Part shown: positions 6,103 to 12,827 of the stretch, piece by piece
Numbering within the stretch: position 1 is the first letter of the stretch
Layout: each line of letters opens with the position of its first letter
NCBI GenBank assembly: GCA_045627705.1
Contig: JAZQOE010000063.1
Coordinates: 1-17,268, forward strand
Direction of reading: 5' to 3'
From: Kiritimatiellia bacterium
GTDB lineage: Bacteria > Verrucomicrobiota > Kiritimatiellia > RFP12 > JBMNHG01
DNA length: 17,268 nt
Made by a program: the position numbers and the translations under genes
The notes under the pieces: model-generated
Seen by the model: the letters and a program-made list of their open reading frames with translations, nothing else
What the model was told of the DNA's origin: nothing
Database searches by the model: none

Positions 6103-6669
6103 TTAGAACACGAAACCGAGGATCGGCGACTGGCGACCGCTGCCGGACTTGTTCCAGAGGCCGATCTGGAGGCCCGAACCGCAATCGGCGATGTTGATGA
6201 GGCCGACCTGGAGGCCGTGGAGTTCGTGGGTCCGATTGAGGAATACCGAAATCTGGATGCCTTCGAACACGCCGGGGCAGTCGTTGTCGAGGACATTGAC
6301 CCAGAGTCCGCCGCCATCGCGGCGGCACTCGCCGCTGAGGCCGACATCGACCGCGTACATGTCTATCGGCACATCGGTCACCTGCGGGATACCAAGATTC
6401 ACTCCGACGCCGTATAGGTTCAAGTCGTGGAGGAAAGGAATGCTGACAGGCCCGATTGTCAGGGCGAACGGGGTGAATCCCTCGCCGAAGTAGTCAGAAC
6501 GCGGGACAACCGGGGGATTCTCCGGATAAACAGTTTCATAGCCGGCACCAACCTTGTGCGGGGATACCAAGCTGGCGTCTCCAGGCCTGACTACCGAATA
6601 AGGGGCGGCTTGGCAGGCCGCGGCCAGCACGAAAAATAGCGAGACAGATGCGAACAACGACTTTTTCAT
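6103..6669 (-). CDS. Secreted protein of unknown function, paralog 2. Signal peptide, same conserved C-terminal domain.
   Basis: 188 aa with an ATG start. MKKSLFASVSLFFVLAAACQA is a signal peptide. The body is conserved with paralog 1 (SPFALT.GP.S.P......YGV.VNL.......D.....D.GL.GEC.RD.GGL.VNVL.N...GI.I..F.NRT.EL.GLQ.G.LNIA.CG.GLQIGLWNKSGSGRQSPILGFVF). Confidence 0.75.
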   Translation of the reverse strand: MKKSLFASVSLFFVLAAACQAAPYSVVRPGDASLVSPHKVGAGYETVYPENPPVVPRSDYFGEGFTPFALTIGPVSIPFLHDLNLYGVGVNLGIPQVTDVPIDMYAVDVGLSGECRRDGGGLWVNVLDNDCPGVFEGIQISVFLNRTHELHGLQVGLINIADCGSGLQIGLWNKSGSGRQSPILGFVF

Positions 6670-6736
6670 GGTCTATTCCTTTGCTTCGTCGGTTTTGCCG
6701 CATGACCGTCCAAGCGGCCATGCGGCATGGGATTGA

Positions 6737-7618
6737 TTATAACGGGCGGTGGACGTTAAGCTCTTCGATCGTGTAGATGCGGTTCATTATGCCGTCGGGG
6801 AAGAAACTGCGGTCGTAGAGCACATCGACCACGATCGTGCGCGAGGCATTGCTTGTCGAAACGACATGGCAGTCATAGACGCCATCGAGACGTGTGAGCA
6901 CGTCGCAGAAAAGCGACGGGTAGTCGGAATGGCGGTCAAGAAACCAGGCGTTGGCGATAGTGATGCGGCTGATTTCCATCTGTCCGGCCACCTTGAGGCA
7001 GCTTTCGGCCGCCCACTTCGAAACCGAATCGGCCATCTTGGAGGAGACATCGCGGATAGCCTCTTCGCGGGAACGGGCCTGCTCGCCCTGCGCATCAAAC
7101 AGACGATGCGCCACGACTCCGGCCTCCTTGCGGCCGTTAACCGCGTTGACCTCTGGACTGCGGGTCACGGAGAAATCAATCTCGCCCCTGTAAACAAGGC
7201 GCGAACCGCGGGAATTGCGCTCGGCGCACTTGACCTTGCCATAGACGAGCAATTCGGCGGGGACATCGTAAACGACGCTGAAACCCTGGCCCGACAGCAC
7301 ACCCTCGACATCCGCGCGAAGGTAGTCGCAGAGCGTGGCGGCATCGTCGTCGACCGGTTCGAGGCTGAGGTACGTGCGGAGCGGAACGACCTTGGCTGTC
7401 GCCGTGGCCTGGACTTGCGTGCCATTGGTCTCATCTACCGGCTGGGCGCTGACGGCGACGTATTGTCCGCCCTGGCCAACATATTGGGTGCCGCCAGTGA
7501 CGTGCTGGTCGCCTCCAGCGTAGTTGACGTACGGATAGGCGGTGCGGCAGCCAGACAGGGCCATGGCGGCGGCAACGGCCGCGAATGTCATTGCCCAAAT
7601 AGAAACCTTGCTGTTCAT
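6737..7618 (-). CDS. Lipoprotein of unknown function.
   Basis: 293 aa. MNSKVSIWAMTFAAVAAAMALSGC has a lipobox (LSGC), followed by a Gly/Gln/Tyr-rich linker and then a globular domain. GC3 is coding-like. My by-eye coordinate for the start differs from the track by 1 nt, so I use the track. Confidence 0.75.
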   Translation of the reverse strand: MNSKVSIWAMTFAAVAAAMALSGCRTAYPYVNYAGGDQHVTGGTQYVGQGGQYVAVSAQPVDETNGTQVQATATAKVVPLRTYLSLEPVDDDAATLCDYLRADVEGVLSGQGFSVVYDVPAELLVYGKVKCAERNSRGSRLVYRGEIDFSVTRSPEVNAVNGRKEAGVVAHRLFDAQGEQARSREEAIRDVSSKMADSVSKWAAESCLKVAGQMEISRITIANAWFLDRHSDYPSLFCDVLTRLDGVYDCHVVSTSNASRTIVVDVLYDRSFFPDGIMNRIYTIEELNVHRPL

Positions 7619-7643
7619 TTCAGTATTCCTTTCACTTGTGTTT

Positions 7644-8861
7644 TCAGCGGACTCGGATCATCGTGTGCGTGACGAACCATACGATTGCCAGGACGACGAC
7701 CAAGAGGATGAAGTTACGCGGTGTGATGACGGAGCGGAACCACGTGGCGAGCAGTTCAAGCCAGTCTGGGCTATAGACACCGCGGCCCTGGGCGGCGGCA
7801 ACGACCTTGAAGCTGTTGCCGATGTCGCGGAACTTGACGTCTGTCACGACCTCGTACCTGGTGTTGTAGCCCGGGGTGGTCGTAAGGGTCAAGCGGTCGA
7901 GGTTCTTGCCCGTCGGGTCAAGGACGATCGTTCCGTTGTCATCGGAGACGGTGACGCTCCCGTTCAAGACAGCCATCCGGCCATCGCGGACATTGGGACC
8001 GAGCTTGCGGGTCAACTGATCAAGCACCGAGTCGCTGAACTGGATGTTTGTCCCGGCGCGCTGGCGGAGGAAGCGGGCCATCATGCGGTCGCTTGCGCCA
8101 CCATTCGGAAGGTCGTACACCACGATGCTATTCTGGCGGCCCTGCCGCGTGACCTCGTTGAGGAACACCTGCGACATAGCGCGCCCAAGAGGCCCGTCGA
8201 AGGGAATCAGGAACGAGCCATAGCCATCGACATCGGCCGGGATGTTCCTGACGAGTTCCTCGGCCGCCAATTCGACGGCGCGCCGCCATTGGGCAGGGAG
8301 TTGCTCGTTGTCTGGACCCATGTCGTCGTATGTGCCTTCGACCGTGCCGCTCCACAGCAGTTCGGATGTCTCGACCTTGTAGAGCCGGAGATTGACGCGG
8401 ACGATCGTCCTGAAGGAATTTTCCTGGGCGCCGACAACCTGGCCGAGCAGGAGTGCGTCGGCGAGTTTCAACTTGCCGATGACGGGGAGGACATTCTTGG
8501 CGTAATCGGTGAAATCAGATGCCTGGTCGAAGACCTTGTCGATATCCTTCCACTCCTCGCGGTCGCTGTGAAGTACGAATCGGAAGTCGGCGGGGACTTG
8601 TCCAAGCGCACCCTCGAAGATGAGGGAGATGTCGGAATCGGATGCGAACATGCCCTGGCTATCGGATGTCATCAACCTGGTGAAAGCGATGTTTTTCGTG
8701 CCCGCGACGCGCGGGTCGAGAGACATCTGCATGATTGCCTGAAACGCCGCGTCTTCGACGGCGTATTGCGCCTCGAGCTGCCCGGCGACAACCGGAGCGG
8801 CCGCGAACAGGGCGGCTGCAACGCAGCCTTTGAACCAACCAATGGTCTTTGTGAAGTTCAT
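7644..8861 (-). CDS. Secreted, C-terminally membrane-anchored protein of unknown function.
   Basis: The track ORF starts 13 codons earlier. I use the ATG at 8859-8861, which has an AGGAAAGG Shine-Dalgarno. MNFTKTIGWFKGCVAAALFAAAPVVAG is a signal peptide. A ~360 aa soluble region ends in a hydrophobic anchor NFILLVVVLAIVWFVTHTMIRVR. Confidence 0.7.
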   Translation of the reverse strand: MNFTKTIGWFKGCVAAALFAAAPVVAGQLEAQYAVEDAAFQAIMQMSLDPRVAGTKNIAFTRLMTSDSQGMFASDSDISLIFEGALGQVPADFRFVLHSDREEWKDIDKVFDQASDFTDYAKNVLPVIGKLKLADALLLGQVVGAQENSFRTIVRVNLRLYKVETSELLWSGTVEGTYDDMGPDNEQLPAQWRRAVELAAEELVRNIPADVDGYGSFLIPFDGPLGRAMSQVFLNEVTRQGRQNSIVVYDLPNGGASDRMMARFLRQRAGTNIQFSDSVLDQLTRKLGPNVRDGRMAVLNGSVTVSDDNGTIVLDPTGKNLDRLTLTTTPGYNTRYEVVTDVKFRDIGNSFKVVAAAQGRGVYSPDWLELLATWFRSVITPRNFILLVVVLAIVWFVTHTMIRVR

Positions 8862-8909
8862 GGTGTTAACCTTTCCTATTTGACAGAAACAGACAAGCAT
8901 TCAAGAAAT

Positions 8910-9857
8910 TCAGCCCAGTTCCGGGCTTTCGGTTATGCCGTCGCGGTCGCGTGACGGCCTTTCCGGCATTGTTTCATCGGCCGATGCGACGGGAGTGGCG
9001 GCCGGGTCGGCGGCGGGGACATCCCACGCGCCATCGGAATCGAACTCCGAGAGCGCGGCGTCGAAGGAACCGTCGTCGCGATCCCTCCTGCGGCCGGCCT
9101 TGTCGAGGTCGCCAAGAGCATCCTGGAGATCCTCGGCATCATCGGACTTCTCCTCGATGGTATCGGCAAGACGGTCCACCATGTCCTCGTCGAGCGGGCC
9201 GCGAAGCCCATGGGCGAGCACCTCCATGAAACGACCCTTCACGCTGGCGATCGACTTCTCGTTCTCGCAAAGCAGCGCGTATTCCCGTTCCAGGCCCTTG
9301 TACTGGGCCATGAGCGCCTCGAGTTCCATCTTGAGGATGCGGCGGCGCACTGGCGAAGCGGCTTCGTACGCCTTCTTCTTCTCGACAATCCCGCGATAGG
9401 CGGCGTCGAGTTCGGCGGAGGCGGCGTCGCGGCGGCGGCGGTTGCCGTCGAGGGCGCCGTTGAGCGAAACCAGCATCGCTTCCGGCGACCGATCCACGTG
9501 GATCTTCGACCAAAGGCTGCGCAGTCCGCCGCCGACCTTGCCGGCGAACGAGACGGCCTCCGCCATCGCCTTGGCGGCGAGTTCCTTCGGGGCGGACTTG
9601 ACCAGCTCGGCCTCCCGCAGGTCGCGCTCGCCCTCCGCCCTTTCGTTTTCCTTGTCCATCTTCTCCCCTTCCTTTCGGTCCGCCGCCTTCGGCGCCTTCC
9701 CGTCTTCCTTCCAGCCATGCGCGGGGCAACGGCCATTCCCGCCATGCGCGTGGAGCTGGCAGAACACGGCCTCGCAACCCGGTTCCGCGCAATGGCCGCC
9801 AATCGCCCAGCGATTGGGAAGCACCTGTTGGCAGATACAACATCTCGGTTCAGCCAT
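8910..9857 (-). CDS. Zinc-finger protein whose central and C-terminal region is ESCRT-III/Snf7-like (second ESCRT-III paralog).
   Basis: The track start is TTG. I use the ATG at 9855-9857, which has a GGGGTG Shine-Dalgarno. The N-terminus MAEPRCCICQQVLPNRWAIGGHCAEPGCEAVFCQLHAHGGNGRCPAHGW carries 8 Cys/His ligands (treble-clef, B-box or FYVE-like spacing). A Lys/Glu-rich linker follows, then helices RRRILKMELEALMAQYKGLEREYALL...GPLDEDMVDRLADTIEEKSDDAEDLQDAL that parallel Snf7 alpha2-alpha5 (…mDIDKVDEtMDEIrEQvElgDEIsDAI). The tail DDGSFDAALSEFDSDGAWDVP is acidic. Confidence 0.6.
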   Translation of the reverse strand: MAEPRCCICQQVLPNRWAIGGHCAEPGCEAVFCQLHAHGGNGRCPAHGWKEDGKAPKAADRKEGEKMDKENERAEGERDLREAELVKSAPKELAAKAMAEAVSFAGKVGGGLRSLWSKIHVDRSPEAMLVSLNGALDGNRRRRDAASAELDAAYRGIVEKKKAYEAASPVRRRILKMELEALMAQYKGLEREYALLCENEKSIASVKGRFMEVLAHGLRGPLDEDMVDRLADTIEEKSDDAEDLQDALGDLDKAGRRRDRDDGSFDAALSEFDSDGAWDVPAADPAATPVASADETMPERPSRDRDGITESPELG

Positions 9858-9935
9858 TGCGCACCCCACTGTAAACAACGTTTTTGTTATTTACATAATG
9901 ATGGTTTATCATAATTGTTGTTTGTCTGTCCATAT
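9858..9935 (-). promoter_or_regulatory. AT-rich island (~30% GC) between the FHA paralog and the zinc-finger ESCRT-III gene. Candidate internal promoter or regulatory spacer.
   Basis: A sharp compositional drop in an otherwise ~65% GC locus. It is the only intergenic gap in the cluster longer than 75 nt. No convincing hexamers were identified. Confidence 0.25.
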
Positions 9936-11276
9936 TTATTTTTGTTTATTTTTCTTATATTTCTTATACACGGGATTGTATTCCGTCACGCGAATGAGTC
10001 CCGCAGCACTTTGGAATTCCATCCCTGGTTCAAGAACGCCCGAACCTACGTTGCCGGTACTCCAGAAGAAGCCGCCGGCATCCGACCGCGCCACGATGAA
10101 ACCAGCGAGCGCAGGGATGACGACGCCGAAATCGAAGCATGACCAAAGGGCAACGAAGACCTCCGGATAGTCGTTTTTCTGCTGGATTACCACGCATGGC
10201 CTGATGCCGGTGCCGCACCAATCGCGCGATGGCACCTGGCAGACCGGGCACAGGCCGGCCGCCATCGGACTGTAGTATGCCACGGAAAGGGAAAAACTGC
10301 TTTCGCAACCCGTCGCGGGCGTGATTACGCCGGAATTGTGCGCCGCGTCGAGTATGCAGGCCTCCCCGGAAATGCGCGTGCCGTTCCAGAAGGTGCCGCA
10401 TGATGATGCATCCTTCAGGATCACCGAGGATCCCGCGCCGCAGATTATGCAGTGGTGGCGGCTGATCCTGCTTGATGCCGCATGCTCCTCGGCCGTCGTC
10501 TGGCATTTCTCCTGGAGAACGATCGTGTTGTCGCGGTGGCGCCCAATGGTGATTTCCTCCTTCGGGATAAGATGAATCAGAGTGCCGGCGATTTCAAGCG
10601 TGAGGTCTCCGCTGTAGGCGGGCGCCGTCTGCGCCGCCGCACATTGCGCCTGGGGCATGCTCGTCAGCTCCAGCGGCACGAGACGATAGGCGCGCGCTTC
10701 GCCATCGACCACCCTGCGCAGTTCCTCGAAGGAACTTTCGCCGGAATGCCGCAGCGAAAGGTCCTGTATGGCGTCGGCGGCATCCTGGGAAAGCCTGACG
10801 TCGGCAGCATGGCCGCATTGGATGTCGTTTCGGATGTTGAATACTATGTTTTCGGCGCACTTGCCGACCTCTTCTGAACGCGCGACGAAAAACGAGACAT
10901 TTCCGTCGAAGCTGTACGCTACGCCGTTCAGCACGAATGAAAGGATGATGTCCAGGGCATGGACGCCGGCGATGCCCGCGTCGATCTGCACGTTGTACTC
11001 GCGCATCGCCGCGAGAATCTGCCAGTTCTTGCTGTATTGCCTTCCGCTGCCCTGGAAACAGAGCGACAATGTCACATCCGAAAGGAATCCCTGTGCCTGG
11101 ATTGCCGGGCCGATGCGGAAGCGGAGGATGCCACTGCCGCGTTCGATGAGAAAGCAAAGGCTGTCGATCTCAAGCCTGACGGGGCAGTCGCCCGCCTGTG
11201 CCGCGAGCGGACTCCCGCATCGGTCGCAGAACTCGCCGGTGGCGGCGTGGCTTCCACATTTTGGACAAGTGGCCAT
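9936..11276 (-). CDS. Zinc-ribbon / FHA-domain protein, paralog B. N-terminal zinc ribbon, central FHA domain, conserved Cys-containing C-terminal domain of unknown function, Lys-rich tail.
   Basis: 446 aa with an ATG start. The N-terminus MATCPKCGSHAATGEFCDRCGSP is a zinc ribbon. FHA-like ITIGRHRDNTIVLQ...SRISRHHCII...GSSVILKDASSCGTFWNGTRISGE fits GR..N.IVL...SR.HA.I...D.S.NGTfvNG. The C-terminus WCGTGIRPCVVIQQKNDYPEVFVALWSCFDFG...GGFFWS...LEPGMEF...VTEY is shared with paralog A. The terminal VYKKYKKNKQK is encoded in the AT-rich island. Confidence 0.8.
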   Translation of the reverse strand: MATCPKCGSHAATGEFCDRCGSPLAAQAGDCPVRLEIDSLCFLIERGSGILRFRIGPAIQAQGFLSDVTLSLCFQGSGRQYSKNWQILAAMREYNVQIDAGIAGVHALDIILSFVLNGVAYSFDGNVSFFVARSEEVGKCAENIVFNIRNDIQCGHAADVRLSQDAADAIQDLSLRHSGESSFEELRRVVDGEARAYRLVPLELTSMPQAQCAAAQTAPAYSGDLTLEIAGTLIHLIPKEEITIGRHRDNTIVLQEKCQTTAEEHAASSRISRHHCIICGAGSSVILKDASSCGTFWNGTRISGEACILDAAHNSGVITPATGCESSFSLSVAYYSPMAAGLCPVCQVPSRDWCGTGIRPCVVIQQKNDYPEVFVALWSCFDFGVVIPALAGFIVARSDAGGFFWSTGNVGSGVLEPGMEFQSAAGLIRVTEYNPVYKKYKKNKQK

Positions 11277-11303
11277 GGCTTTAGTGGCTTAACTCCGCGG
11301 GAA

Positions 11304-12809
11304 TCACACGCCGGACTGGCGGTAGGGCGTTACCGCGACCGGTCCGTACGCCGAGTTGAGGGACATTCCGGGAACCAGGCGCCCGACATGGTGCTGCGGC
11401 GAACTCCATGCGAAACCGCCATCGGCACGCTTGATCCAGATTCCTTCCAGTCCGGGATCCGCATTGCCGAGGTTGAAGCATGACCAGAGCGCGACGAAGG
11501 TCTCGCGCGGGCCGTCGTTCGAGACGATGCGCAAACAGGGGCGACATCCGCCGCCGCACCATTCGGGTTTCGGGCCGACATCGCACGAACGGCAGAAATC
11601 GCAGGGCATGAAGGCGCGGATCCCGAAGGAAAACACGTCGTCGCCCGGCATTCCGCCAAGGAACACATCGGCTCCATCGTCGCCGATGAAATCGGTGATG
11701 TCCGCGGCGCCTTCGACATGGAGGACGCCCCAGGCCGCCGCGCCGCGGGCGCAGTCGAAGTATGTCCCGCGCGTCGATGCGATGCGCCCGCCGCGGTCGT
11801 CGACGGAGCCGTCGTGGAGCATCACGCGGCCCCCGTCGCAGTCGAAGTAGCAGTGCATGCGGCTCACCTTCCTCGTGTCGAAGCGCTCGCGGGCGTTGCC
11901 GAGCGTCCCCGGACGTACCACGATGGTATTCGAGCGACTGCGGCCGAGAAGAATCCGATTGCGCGCCACGAGGTGTATCATTCGCCCCTCCACGTTGAGG
12001 GTGATTGCGTCGGATGAATCATGCGGCGCGGCCGCATCGCCGAGTTCCTGCGCCCTGAAAGCCATGGCCTGGGGATCGCCTGCGGCCCCGGCCATGCGGA
12101 CGCTGGAAGAAGCCGCGCCAACGGCTCCACCAGCCGCGTAATTCGCGGTGAAGGCAGCGGGCGACACTCCGATAGACGGGCCGACACCCGGACGCGGCGA
12201 CCTCATTGGCATGGCCACGACTGGCTTGACCGGCACGCCCGGGACAAACGCGGGATGCGGGACGACCGCGACCGCCGGGGGAACAACCGAAACCGCCGGC
12301 ACCGGCGCGATAGCCAGCGAGGGATGCGACACGACCACCTGCGGCGCAGCGGGATTGACAACCGTCACTCCTGGATGGACTGGCGCCGCGGGCGGAACCG
12401 CGGAAACCACGGCCGCAGGCGGAGGCGGCGCGGCTACGACCGGTGCAGACCCGGCGAATGGCGGCGGAACAGGGCCGGGAATGGCGGCTGCGGCGCCAGG
12501 GATCACGGCCGCCGGAACCACGCCGGGGGCGACCGGAGCGACCACCGCCTCTGGAAGGGGGCTGGGCATCACGGTGGCGGCATGGCGCAGATAGCTATTT
12601 GACGGCGCAACCTGTGGCACGGCCGGCATCTCCGGAACAGCCGGAAGTCCAACCGGCGAGACAGCCGCCGCGACTTCGCCAGACATGGCATCCACCGGAG
12701 GTGTCGCATCCGATGCCGCGGAAGGCGCGGGCATCGCCAGCGGCGCACCGCAGCGCTCGCAGAAAGCGCCTGGCGATACATTGAATCCGCATTTGGGGCA
12801 CTTGACCAT
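11304..12809 (-). CDS. Zinc-ribbon / FHA-domain protein, paralog A. N-terminal zinc ribbon, ~180 aa Pro/Ala/Val-rich disordered linker, FHA domain, same conserved C-terminal domain.
   Basis: 501 aa with an ATG start and a GGGAAG Shine-Dalgarno. MVKCPKCGFNVSPGAFCERCGAP is a zinc ribbon. FHA-like ILLGRSRSNTIVVRP...VSRMHCYFDCDGGRVMLHDGS...STRGTYFD. C-terminus WCGGGCRPCLRIVSNDGPRETFVALWSCFNLG...GGFAWS...LVPGMSL...VTPY (~45% identity to paralog B over ~85 aa). Confidence 0.8.
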   Translation of the reverse strand: MVKCPKCGFNVSPGAFCERCGAPLAMPAPSAASDATPPVDAMSGEVAAAVSPVGLPAVPEMPAVPQVAPSNSYLRHAATVMPSPLPEAVVAPVAPGVVPAAVIPGAAAAIPGPVPPPFAGSAPVVAAPPPPAAVVSAVPPAAPVHPGVTVVNPAAPQVVVSHPSLAIAPVPAVSVVPPAVAVVPHPAFVPGVPVKPVVAMPMRSPRPGVGPSIGVSPAAFTANYAAGGAVGAASSSVRMAGAAGDPQAMAFRAQELGDAAAPHDSSDAITLNVEGRMIHLVARNRILLGRSRSNTIVVRPGTLGNARERFDTRKVSRMHCYFDCDGGRVMLHDGSVDDRGGRIASTRGTYFDCARGAAAWGVLHVEGAADITDFIGDDGADVFLGGMPGDDVFSFGIRAFMPCDFCRSCDVGPKPEWCGGGCRPCLRIVSNDGPRETFVALWSCFNLGNADPGLEGIWIKRADGGFAWSSPQHHVGRLVPGMSLNSAYGPVAVTPYRQSGV

Positions 12810-12827
12810 GACGGGCTTCCCTGCCTG

